Of a stretch of 64,000 bases of DNA, positions 51,664 through 64,000 are shown piece after piece. The stretch spans positions 3,038,001-3,102,000 of the forward strand of contig JANJGN010000039.1 of assembly GCA_026770705.1 (NCBI GenBank), given 5' to 3'. A model generated the notes under the pieces. It did not search any database. It saw only the letters and a list, made by a program, of their open reading frames with translations, and had not been told where the DNA came from. The translations under genes were made by a program, and so were the position numbers. Source of the DNA: Isurus oxyrinchus. Taxonomy: Eukaryota. Each line of letters opens with the position of its first letter. The first letter of the stretch is position 1.

Positions 51664-52137
51664 TTGAGCACAGGGATAATGGTGGAATGAGATTTGGCAT
51701 GGGCAAGCTTACAAAGATTAGAGTTTTGTCTGGGGTCTGTTTTTTAGGAACGTTTGTAGCAGCAATTGTCTGGCCAGATTAACATTTTAACAGCCGAGTC
51801 TGGCTTGGACAAATGCACAACTGAGGGATCATTCGGGTGATGTGTTGATGCAGCGAGGATAGTGGGTGAGACTAAATAGCTGGTAGAAGACAGGCTTAAG
51901 GATAGAAAAGGTGAGGGCTCACAAATCAGCTCAGGGCAAAATGGAGCATGGGAGTCGAAGACACTATGGTTCAGGCTTGGATAGTAGTGCGGTAGGCGGG
52001 TGGAGCGACTGGATATGGAACGATCATTAAAACAGGAACAGTAGCAAATGACTTCCATCTTCCTCACATGTAAGAGACAGTAACAGTAATACAGTCAATC
52101 TGGTTTAAGGAACAGATTGTTGCATATAGGTTCTTAC

Positions 52138-52312
52138 CGCTGACACCAACAAGAGCCAGGATGGGGAAGTAACCAACTTGGATTAACAAAATTACTCCCT
52201 CGATCCTAAAAGCTAATGATATCCGATCTTGAGAAAGGTAGTAAAGCCCCGAGGATAAACTCCTGTCCATTTTTGTAAAATTCCAAGATTTTTTTCTAAG
52301 TTTCTGATTCAT
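52138..52312 (-). CDS. GPR139-like GPCR gene A2, coding exon 1 (starts at the second in-frame ATG)
   Basis: The first ATG of A1 is ATA here (52333-52331). The next in-frame ATG at 52312 gives MNQKLRKKSWNFTK...YFPILALVGVS, then G|gtaaga donor. 175 nt, phase 1; protein 350 aa. Confidence 0.82.
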
Positions 52313-52592
52313 TGTTGTCACGTTCCAATCTATTATTCTCAGGCTCTGATGTTTTCTCTCCCCCTCTCAGGAGTCGTTGATCCTTGCGACTGCTGAATGC
52401 GACTGTCCCCCTGACATTAGGGGACAGCACTTTGAAATGAGCCCCGTATAAATAGCACTGTGAAACCCTCCAGTGACACAATTAGGATCCAGGGAGATTG
52501 AAGGTAATTACAGGGACTGAACAAATCGGTTCAGTTAACGCCTTGGATTCCAACAATTTTTGTCTCACAACATAGTAGAAGATTTACTTGGC

Positions 52593-53590
52593 TAAAGTTC
52601 ATTATAACTGTGAATAAAACGCTGAAGGCTGAAAATAGTTTGTCCCTCTCCAAAACTTTTCATTTTTTATTTGAATATCTGTGACATAAAATATGAGCCT
52701 TGATCTGATTATTTTTCCTGAGGAAATCCACATATTTTAAACAAATGAACTCGCTTTCCCCCTACAATTTTCACCATGATCTTCCTGAAATGCACTGCCA
52801 CTGGAAATCTTGTTAGAGCTACCATAATTTTTGAAAAACACTGTTTCCCACTTCTGATTTAGCTGGGGGTCCAAAACAATCTATTAAGGAAGTGCTAAAT
52901 GGTTCTGTACAAGCTGGTATTGGACTGAATAAAGGATGCACTTGAATTGATGATTCTGGCTTCCCCACTATTAGCATTTATGTCATGTCTGGCAGAAACT
53001 AACAACGCCTTTATGAAACCGTGGGAAAAACATATGTTTCAGCATGTTAGCCTGTGTTTTCCTAAAGCACGCATGAACTGCCATTGGAACACCGTAAGCA
53101 ACTCGTGATGGAACGTCCACCAGATGAACTATTGTAAAGTGTCGATTGGTTCATATTTGAGGTGGTCTCCCTTTCCTCATTAGCAGAGCATTTTAAAATA
53201 ATAACACTCAGGTACTGATTCTGATTCAGGCTCTGATAGGGTGTTATAGCAAATTCTCTCAACTTAGGATCAGCCTATTGCATTTCTACTAAAGTAGATG
53301 GACCAAAATGTCATCCCCATTCTCATTACATTCTTCAGTTTGCTCCAGTTCCTTCTAAGGCTTCCTTTTTTTGCGGGGCTGAGATCTAGCCATGAAGCAG
53401 TCAAGAAACAATCCAGGATATTCCTCAAATCGCGCCTCAGCTACTTTCAGTTCCAGTTGGCGTTATAACAGTCTCGGTGAGGCTAATGTATTTGAACCAG
53501 CTGTCTCATAGCCCAAGATGTAATCAATTCCTTAGATAGCGATTTGATCCAAAGCTCCAACTGCAGCCTCTCCTCTCACTAAGTGACTTA
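52593..53590 (-). mobile_element. Remaining Gypsy integrase fragment in unit 2
   Basis: Paralog of 28501-29500; the rest is deleted. Confidence 0.75.
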
Positions 53591-53594
53591 TTTT

Positions 53595-56153
53595 GGGTGG
53601 AGTCTTCTGAGCCCACTGACGGCGGGTGTGATATGTGCTGGGCATGGAAAATATGGTGGGGTCCACTTCAAGACGGCATGAATGCAGGTCGCGATCTTCT
53701 CCTTAGCCTGCCGCTAACGGGCTGCATTTCTCACCATCGGTCAACGAGAAGCTGTAGCGAGTGTGATTTTATTTGATTCAGGTTGCCTACCCGCGCCTTT
53801 AAGGATCCAAGAGGCTCGAAAGTGCCATCAGCCGTTCCATGTATTACCCCCCCCCCCCCTCAACTGACCCCCACACAAACCGGCACTGGCTTCAAATCCG
53901 CCAGCAATTCATTGCACTGCACAACAGTTGTGCTGCACACGTTGTGCAATCTCTTCGCCAAAACTGGTTATGTAGCAGTCACTGCTGGAGGCGCTGTCAG
54001 CTCCTTGCATATTCAGCATCATGGTTTGTATCAGTGTCCCCAATGCCGAATGTTGACAAGGCACCCAGGCAGAGCAATCCTCCCTGGCATTCCGAGGGGT
54101 GACCAGCACTTTCTGGGAAGCATTATGGGTTTTTACTAAAGGACCCGCGATGATTACCACGTGTCGCTCTCTTTCGTGCTGTAGAAGGACCATGTCAGGA
54201 ACATGAATCCTGGTTACCTAGCAGCACGCCTGATGGCCTACAGGGACCGTTTAAGATGGAGGAGAGAGCGATTGGTCAGGCAGCTTCAGGAGCAAAATCC
54301 CGGAGTTAGAGGCTGCATGCTGACTGTGACGCTCTGGCTGTGAAAACTTTGGCTTCGGTCCTCTCAGAGGCCGAGATTTGCAGGACACCTGTCTGTTTTC
54401 ATCGCCCTGCTGTGGGGCAGTGGCATCCTGCTCGACCTGTGCAGCTGGATCTGTATAGTCTACAGGAAGAGGGAAGGCACATGGGCCTGTCATTCGCTGA
54501 GTCACTTGGTTGGATGGCCCCGGAGCGTGCACATGCTGACCTTCCTCCCTATGTGTGCCCGAGAAACCCTTGCTGACTCAGTGAATGGGAGGGGCAGCTG
54601 GATTGAGATCATGCATCCGAGGACCCATCTTATGTACGGTCTGCTGGATGCTAACTATGGCAGCAGCAAAAGAGTTAAGCCTATGCAGCATTGCATGAGT
54701 AGATGCTCTGGACCAAGGTCTCCATGGCAAACGCCATAATGCCAGTGTTGGACACTGCATGTTGCAATGCCGGTGCTCCTACATGAGCCTGGAGATGGAC
54801 GGTCTCCTCCATCATGCATTACAATTTGAGGAGTGCAGCCGACATGACTTTCTGATGTTGGCTGGCTTACCTTTGCAGCACCAATTCTGAGATATGACCA
54901 AGTCCAGTTGCTCAACATCTGACTCGTATTCAATAACTTTCTGGCTTCAGAACTCCGTGTGTGGAGACCAGGGAAATCCGTGCCTCCACCTGCTGTGGAG
55001 TGGGCAAGTTGTCATCAGATTATGATCCCGAGGCTTCTCTAAACGTACGTCCCATGGAGTCGTGTGTCTCTACACTGGTAGAGGGCGTGGATGAGCGCTC
55101 TAATGCAACTTTAGGCAGGGTGCCTTCAGACTCCTCCTCAGACTTTTCAACGGAGCTGTATGGGGGCACTGGGTCCTGGAATCCGTCGGCCGTTTCGCAG
55201 GTGTGCCTGAGAAAACAAGGGGAAATAATCAGTGCATGATATTGGCATATGATAGAGGACACATCACACACAGAAGTGTTTGCTAATGAATGCTGCACTC
55301 CTGGATCCTCACTTGCTAGATCATTGCTGACCTCATCGTTAACACAAGAGTGGTCCCAGTTATAACTGCCCAGATGAATGCCTCTGTTGTCCAATTCCAT
55401 CAGAATGTTGATGTCCAGCAATACGTTCCTGTCTGCGATCTAGCCTTTCTGTTGTGATCCAATTTGTCCATCATGGATAGAGATAAGAGGGTGTATCATG
55501 ATTCCTGCCAGGCCAGATGACAAGTATGCCTGGTATGTGTGGGTGGTGAGTGGCCCAATGTGCGGGATGAAGACAATGGCGGCCTGTGTGAAAGAGTCAA
55601 TGTCGCCGTCCCTTGCACTGGCAGTGAGTGAGGGCCTTGCGTTTGAGTGATGGGTTTGTGAGTGTGTGTTATGCGTGAAGGAAAGAATGACTTACACTGG
55701 AGGGACAGAGAAGATCATTGATACTTATGTGACTCTTGGTGGTTGATTTTATCTGCAGGTCGTTCGCCCTGACCATTGCTGTGAGCGCTGTCCAGTCTGG
55801 GTTTGTGACATTGATGCCCATCCTCCAGATGGTAGGGCACATCCCGGCTGCCCTCCAGCAGTATCTCGAGGGAACCATCATTTAAGAGGGTGGCTGCAGG
55901 CATTTTACCTTTGTTGGCCTGATCTCCCAGACAGAGGTGGTGAGCTGGTGGTGATCAGCGATTTGCTGAGGGCTGCATTGTAAAGGCGACGGCCAGGGTG
56001 ATGCAAAAGCGCTTTAATGTTGAGTGATCAAATCGAAGTTCTGCCACCTTTGAAACAATGTGTTTATTATGCATAAATAATAAAGTGGTCTTGGGAAGTT
56101 ATGGCATGAAAACCCGCCATTTTTGTCGGTGGCCAGGGCTCCATTTCACCAGC
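53595..56153. mobile_element. Paralogous Harbinger relic in unit 2
   Basis: Duplicate of 29505-32079. Confidence 0.6.
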
Positions 56154-58005
56154 ATGCTAGCGCACTTAGAGCAATTATGGGGGAATTCCAGCCACTGAAA
56201 CAATGTGTTAAGAAAGAATAAGTTATTTTGGCTGTGGGCTTTCAGAGCCGAGGCACCAACGAAAGGAGCACAGCAGCCCTTTTGCAGCCAGAGCCAGCCC
56301 ACAGCTGGAGGTGAATATAAGCTACTCTGAAGTCATCGACCTGCAGGGATTGAGATCCCATGAGTATTTGTTGTGCCTGAACGAAAAAAATCATCAGTTC
56401 TTTCATTGATCAGTTTTGGGAGGCCAAGATGACGCCATTCAAGAATTGCTCCATTTTTGCTTACCCCTTGCAATATTGATTTTTGACCTTTGGGAGAATT
56501 CCAATTTTTCCAGTGTATTTTTGTGCACATGAGTGTTTGCGTATCTGTCTCACTCTCTACCTCTCACTCCATATGCCTCTCTCTGTTCAGGTCTTTCTCT
56601 TTGACTCCCTCTTTCTCTCTCTCTTTCTTTTTCTATCTCTCATCTCTCTCTTTCTTTCCCCTCTCTCTTAGATAAATGTATCTCTAATTTTCCTTTTCAG
56701 TTCCCAAATTAACTGGGAATTATCCTTAACACTTCGCCCCTCGCTTCCTGCTGGAATTTGTCTGGCAAATGTGTTTGTGTTTGTTTGAGTATATTTGCCT
56801 ACGTTTGTGTGCCTGTGTGTGTGTGTGTTAACATATGTGTTTCCGTGTGTGTGTGTGTGTTAATCCATGTGTGTGTTTATGTATGTGTGTGTGCACACTT
56901 GTCTGTCAATGTGTGTGTCTGTGTTTGCATTTGTTGGTCTGTGTGTATGTCTCTGTGCATGTACACATGCGCGTGTGTGCGTGGAAGTGCTCAAACGTAT
57001 GTGTGAGTGACAGAGATAGAGAGAGAAAGAGAGAGAGTTTTGAGTATCTTGTAAAAGTGGTTAGTATAATTTCATATTCAATACTGCATGTTAACAACGT
57101 TTGCCTATCTGTTTAACAGGACTGGTCTTATAATTAACAAACATGCTTGTTATTTCCTGCACGAAGCTTGATTAACGTCTCTTTTATTCTAACAGTAGCA
57201 AAAGTAAACAATTGGCTATTTTAGTGTGTGAATCTGTCTTTGAAACTATTGATATGACCTGAGGAGTAGTGGGGTTAAATATACTGCACTCGTATCCCAA
57301 TTGATCGAAACAGGCTATGTCTCTCTCTGCCACTCCTCTGCTGTCTTGTACTCTCATTCTCTCTCTGCTTATCTGTCTCACTCTCTATCTCTCACTCCAT
57401 ATGCCTCTCTCTGTTCAGCCCTTTCTCTTTGACTCTCTCTCTCTCTCTCTTTGTTTTTCTATCTCTCATCTCTCTCTCTCTCTCTCTCTCTTTCTTTCCC
57501 CCTCTCTCTTAGATAAATGTATCTCTAATTTTCCTTTTCAGTTCCCAAATAACTGGGATTTATTCCTTGACCCTTCGCCCCTCACTTCTTGCTGGGATTT
57601 GTGCGGTTGTGTGATGGAAATTTGTCTGACAAATGAAAGGATAGTTTTGCCATGTTGTTGATTTTCATTGGAATCAGTGTGACGAATGAGAATGCTGGAC
57701 AGTAGGAAGTGCACTTTGGAGGGGACACAGCCAGGGCAGGGGTTTTCTCTCCAACCAGTGTGAGGGATTTCTGTGATGCCAAAGCTCCCATGAGAGCGAA
57801 GAGATATCTTATTACTGATATTTCTTCCTTTCAATCATTGTGAGGCTGTTGCACGATGAACAGTTGAACTGGCAAAAGAGCGAGGACGGCTAACTGGATG
57901 TGTGTCCCCCCTCCACACCTTCCATCTCTGCAGCTCCAGCCGCTGTGGTTCTGTAATTAACTGAGAACCTGCTGAAACGCTCAGTGATTTGTTTATTTTT
58001 ATTGT

Positions 58006-58898
58006 TTAATATGTTGAAATAATTGGGGTGAAGAGATGTTGCAGCATATTCTTAAATGCTCCGTGAACTTAGCCTGCTCTCTCTGTAAACCCCAGTGTTT
58101 GTGCAACAACCCAGGAGCTGCAGCATGAAGCCTAATTCCTGAACAAAAGCATAGAGATACATAGACTTATAGCACAAATTCCACATCAGTCTCCAAATAG
58201 AAGAAACAATTGACATTGAACATAACAGGAAGAAATTGGTTGAGATATCAGACAGAAAATTGATAGATTTCCTTCTACTCACCATCTATGGATCGCCGGG
58301 ATTATCCCACTTCTGTGAGCCTGGAATCCCCTGTGTTCTCTGCTTTACATTAAAATCTGCTTTACCATGAAAATATTGAGCAGCAGAATCAGGGTAAATG
58401 GAAAGCACGATGTTAGAATATGTTGGAGGAACTCAATTGCTACCCAGAACAGAGATTCGTGGATATTCCATGTGAAATCCCTGAAACCAGGGGGCGTTCA
58501 TCAGCCGATATTCAACTGTTATCATAATATACGAGAAAATGTTATTTGAACAGCTCAGCACAATCAATGTTCCCTGAAGCACAGTGGCTATTTTCTCACT
58601 GCAATATTCAGTTTTCAGCTTCAGGGAACAAATGGCCACAAATCCCTGAAAGGTGAAAGTGACGGTGAAACAGACAGGACAGTCTGTGGCTGCATAAAGC
58701 AAGATGGTGTGGATATTACACACGTGGATGGAGTTCCAGAAGTAAAACTGTTCCTTAAACAAGAATGGAATGTGCCTTATTATCACATCAGGGATAACGA
58801 CCTTTCGTCAGCCACAGCCATGGCCACCAGGTACTGAGTTACACATTTGGACAGACCACATCTGTTGCTCCTGAGGATCACAATCATGACAAAGTTCG
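58006..58898 (-). pseudogene. GPR139-like GPCR pseudogene B2 (exon 2)
   Basis: Duplicate of B1 at offset 24074 with the same frameshifts; DRF is QGF. Confidence 0.9.
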
Positions 58899-60258
58899 CT
58901 GCCTGGACGGGAGTTAAAGAATTTGATCATACATTAGGCTGAGTCAAAGCAAATCGTTTAATTGCGGAGTTTTTGTATGTGTTATTGTAGCCTGTAATAT
59001 ATTGTGAGAAATGAACCTGAAATAACAAATGGGAAGGTTTGCGATCGAGTTGTAGGAAGCCGAGAAAAACAACAAAAGCTGAAGTGGTGGAGGAAGTGGA
59101 TGCAGGATTATCGCGGGCGCTAGAGGTGATGAGGGTACAAAGGATGAATGTTGGGCCCAGGGGACAACAAGGGGATTTAGTTGGAGATCGGAAAAGTCAG
59201 GAGTGATTGAAACGTAACTTTGAAACCCAATGCTAACGGAGGAGCCAGGCAATAAGAGGGCGGCCCAGGGGTGATGGGAGAACTAAGGAACACGTATGTT
59301 TGGGAAGAACCTGAGGTGATGGTTGTGTTAAGGACAGGGGTGTGATCTGGATGTTTTCCCCATTTCTCTGCTAACTACAACAGGATGCATTTCTGGGAAG
59401 GAGTGTTTAAACATTACAGTGCAGCAGTTTTTAGGAAAAGTGACTAAGTAGTTTTTCTTGTAAAGTTAAAAAATTAAAGGCAATGATTAAAATGCATTTC
59501 TTACGAAGTGTATCGAGATGTCATTCTTCAAAGACATACACATGCAAACACAAACACACAGACACACACGTTAGAACTCTAGGGAACTAGTATACGCTTC
59601 GATTATTAGAAGCTTGGAACAGAAACAGGCCCCTTCATTATATTCCTTAAGCTGGTACTTGATTTTCTCCTTTTTGAAGACAAATGGAGGTTGCAAAATT
59701 ATGGTTATTAGTCTAAATTGTAGTTATGAAGAAATATATCAAAAGGTAGAACTTGTTAGCCTCTTTTTATCACCAGCTCTGATTCCAAACATTCTGCTTC
59801 TTTTTCTTGGATGGGCATATCTTCCCTCAAGTGTTTCTTCCTTTCTGAGAATAACTGACTTCCATATATTCAAAAATGATGTCAGCTATTCAATGTTTCC
59901 AAAATATATCTGTTGCACAACGTCAGTTGTAAAGATTATTTTTACTAACATAAGCATACTTCCTGACCCGTGACCATCGAGTTCGATTTCATGTCTCCAT
60001 ACATTAACATTCCCATTACAAGCAAGATGCAAACCCCTCCTCTATCCATCTTCCAGAGAGATGTAATGTGACCATGACAGGGGAGAAAGGAGAGTGGGTG
60101 GGGGAAGGGATGATGAGTGAGAGAGGAGTGCAAAGGGAAAGCTGGTTTCACATTTGACGACGAAGCACGTCCCGGCACACAGAAACCTGACTCTTGTAGT
60201 GTGTGCACTCTTCCAGAGGAGAGACAAGAAATTGGACATCTCGCCTAGCGTTGGACTG

Positions 60259-60663
60259 ACACACACACACACACAAACACACATTCACACATGCACACCC
60301 ATACAAATAAACATACACACAGGTAAATACACATGTATATGCAAACATTGGAACAAACACATGCAGGCACATACAGGCGCAGCGGCAAACACACTCACAG
60401 AAACACACACCGACGCCCATCCCCAGAAAGACACATACATACACACACGCACACACAGACACACACACACACACACACACACATGCACACAAACAGAAAC
60501 ACATGCCCGCCTCCAGGAAAACACACACTCACACGTACATACACACACACACACACACACATACACACATTCACACACACACACATACACACACACACAC
60601 GCCCACCCCAGAAAGACACATACACATGCACAAACGCACATGCAGACACATACACACGCACAG

Positions 60664-60708
<45 letters not shown>

Positions 60709-61235
60709 ACACACACACACACATAATCACACACAGACACACACACGCCCGCCTCCTGAAAAACACACACACACACGCACACACACACACATGCGTGTGT
60801 ACACACTTAGAAGTACAGGCACAAACAAACAAACACTTACATATGAAAATGACACAGAGACACAGCAACAAAGCACATGCACTCACAGAAAAAATACACA
60901 CGCACACACAAATTCACCCCTATCCACAAACAGAGCGACAAACACAGATACACAGAGAATAAAAGCACAGAGGCTCATGTACTCATCATCTTACTCACTC
61001 TTCCTGTCTCTCTCTATATCGCATAGACACGTATATTCCCATGCTCCACCACACCTCACATACACTCACGTACAGGCCACACTCACATCCACACATACAC
61101 ACACGCACATACACACACACATACACACACACACAAACACATACACAGACACACACACACAATCACATACACTGGCACACACTCGCATAGAAGCAAGCAC
61201 ATAGAAAAATACAGACAGGCGCAATCACACACATA
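60259..61235. repeat. (CA)n-rich low-complexity region
   Basis: Paralog of 36185-37160, ungapped. Confidence 0.95.
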
Positions 61236-62839
61236 CGTCATGAAAAACCAAGACACGCACATTTGGTTCATTCATGCCCTTTATGGAATGAATTCTGCCA
61301 TCGTAACCTGGTCTCGTTTAACTGTGAATCCAGACATGCTTCAGTGTGGTTGACCTTTTAATGAGCTAATAAATCAATCAGATATGTCAAAGAGCTGAAA
61401 ACCTCAAATAAAGGAATGAAACTGAAAGCCCACACAAATTCGAACTATGCACTGTAAACAACAAAGTAAACTCACCCCTCTCGGCCCTGCAATAACTTCG
61501 TTATTGATATTGGGGCTAAAGTCATAATTGAGAATTAAGTTTTTGGATAAGGTTATTTAACTGAGAGCTTGGTTCATGATGGCGATGAGCTTCGAAATCA
61601 ATAAGAACTATTAATTTGCAAAAGATAAACTGATTGAATCGTTAAGGTAGCGGAACTGCTGTCAATCAAGCAGGGTGCTTTGTCCTAGATTTAGTCAATA
61701 TTGTTGAATGTTATTGGAACATAACTTATCCAGACAAGTGTAGTATTTTCCAATCACACTCTTGATTTGCGCCTTGTAGAAGAGAGACGGGCTAAATGAC
61801 ACGGAGTGTTTGTTGGATAATTATTTACTGTCAATGATCATTGCCTGTCGCTGGTGTAAAGCAAATATAACTTGTCGGTTTTCAGCAGAGGCCTGGGTGT
61901 TGCCCAGGCCCTTTTAGTTACACATAGGCAAAGATTTCTTCAGCATCTGTTGACTCGCAACTTTTGCTTAAGTTTGCGCAAATATGAGTGGATGCTATCT
62001 CCACCCCCCGCTCCCCAAACCCAAACCCTTTCTGAGCACATGATGGAGAGAGATTCAGTGATGAAGTGGATTAAGGTGGTTGCGTCCCGGACTATGACTT
62101 CAGCATCTCCTGCAGTGATATCAAGAGGCTGAGGTGGGTGACTTGCAAAAATAAAAATCCTTTGTGCTCGGCATAACTCCAATCAGTAGAGACTCCCCCC
62201 AGCCCCTTACATGTATTGAATCAAATTTTGCTTGTGTTCCCTGCTAACATAAAATGACAAACGTTGTATTGATATGAAGAACAGTCGCTCTCGCATCACA
62301 TCATGAGTTCAGCACCAATGTCCATGTCTGTATCAAATCTGAACGAAAAGCTGGAGCTCAGACAAAACACATAATGAACGTCAATGAACAGTCTTATCGC
62401 GTAAAGGGCGGTATTTTAGTTGTACTATTACAACGTGGCTAGGAAGGATTTTTCAGGGACACTGATCTCCAATCCAACTGGTGAAATCTGACAGGACCCA
62501 TATCCTCTTGCATCATCCAGCCCCTACAGTTGTTTCTTCATATCACGCTATGTGAATCACATAGGCTGAATTCTGGCGCCTGCGATGTTGCCATCTTAAG
62601 AACGAGGCCGGAATGTTCCATCTACTCCTCACTTCAACCTGAATGTGGCTGCAAATTTTTTTGCCATTTTTTGGCACTGATGTGCTGAGCTCCACAATCA
62701 TTGCCGATGAGGATATGGGTGGAGTGTCCTTGATCACTCTCCAACAGTAAAGAAACGATTTCAAGTTATCAGAAACGTCGTTTGAGAACAAAGTCAACAT
62801 CCTTTTATACATCAAATGATTGTGTTTATGCTCTCACCA

Positions 62840-64000
62840 AAGCAGTCACAACGATTTGGCAATATGTATTTATTTCGAGATGTATGCCCTGAATTGAGGG
62901 TTAATAAGCTCATAAAGGTTTCGGTAAACTAAATTAAACATGAAATAACAGCAGTTGGGATTAAAAGCAAATGCATAGGTTTACAAATTAACACAATAAT
63001 AAATCCTAAAATGCCTAATTAATTTGGCTTCCATTTACACCCTCGTTAAGGCAACAGTAAAACAAGAAACACATCCCGGCTAGTCACACATCACCCTGGA
63101 CAGAATAATTCAAAGTGGCGTTTTTCACAGCTTGGATTTCAGTTGACAGCAGCCTTATGCTCAAACGATGGGGGCTTTTCCCAATTATGTTAGATTTTTC
63201 ATTGCCTCCTCTAACTGCAAAGTTCCAGATCCTTGTTATATGTTTCTCCCTTTAACTGAAAATTTCATTTTCCCCAAATATCTGTTGAACATTACTTTTT
63301 TCCGTACAGAAACTCATTACATTGTGCTAATGTTATTGTTAACCTTTTTGAAAACAAAATAAATGCACCTCTTTGCTATTCTTCACGGTCTAGGTGTTAC
63401 ATCCTCTATGAAATTCAAACTACCCAGATTTAACTAAAATGCAGACTCTACACATCTCACATTCCAACTCTTCAGCCACGTTTACATATTTTGCATTACA
63501 AAACTTCCTAATTTTGTTGACTCAAGGCCTCCAGACTTAGTAATTTAATTGCTGTCTGCAAGTAACTTAAATCTCACAAACACACTGAAACTATTTAAAA
63601 CCCAATATTAACCTACCTATAAAATAATATCACGAGAAATATTAGATATTCGGTACAATATGGTTTAAATGGATTTCTAAAATACATAACATCAAGCCCT
63701 CAAGGAGGCTATTGTTTTCATTACTGGACACAACAATTTGCAATAATTTGAAAGCATTTGGACGGTTGCAGAATAATTTCACCACTATCGCTCTAAGGAA
63801 GAGAATTATAAATTAGTTAGCAAGATCGTAGCATTTGAAGAGGGAAAGTTTAAATATGGCTCGCTAGGGAGAGAGTTAATTAACTTCATGGAGGTTTGAG
63901 TTTATTGTAAACAGGGCCGAGTGAATTGGTTTGTAAATGCTCAAAAGGAAAGGACGGGTTTGTAGGCCAGGGGCCACTGACGGTTCAATAGTCCTTGGGG
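62840..64000. repeat. Start of tandem duplication unit 3
   Basis: Essentially identical to 38767-39927. Confidence 0.9.

Larger units (their letters stand above)
38767..62839. repeat. Tandem segmental duplication unit 2 (24073 bp; A2 + B2)
   Basis: Starts aagcagtcacaacgatttggc as at 15439 and 62840. Carries an extra 39937-43644 block and lacks the equivalent of 25129-28500. Confidence 0.93.

Overview
Eukaryotic, repeat-rich vertebrate DNA. The repeat landscape (CR1/HE1-type LINE tails, Penelope-like elements, Harbinger and Gmr1-like Gypsy relics) and the receptor family suggest a cartilaginous fish (shark); this is an inference. The window is a birth-and-death cluster of two-exon class-A GPCRs of the GPR139/GPR142-like type. 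Two genes are intact on the minus strand: A1 with exons 24869-24674 and 21463-20586 (357 aa), and A2 with exons 52312-52138 and 48923-48046 (350 aa). There are also two frameshifted B pseudogenes (~33932-34824 and ~58006-58898), a plus-strand split pseudogene (4566-4635 plus 12993-~13250) and older relics (~2370-2650, possibly 1-420). From ~15440 to the end the window is a ~24-kb tandem segmental duplication (unit 1 ~15439-38766, unit 2 38767-62839, unit 3 from 62840). It has unit-specific multi-kb indels and a mosaic junction. Penelope-derived fragments carry minimal hammerhead-ribozyme motifs. Most short ORFs in the track are microsatellite or decayed-TE artefacts. All alignments and counts were done by eye.
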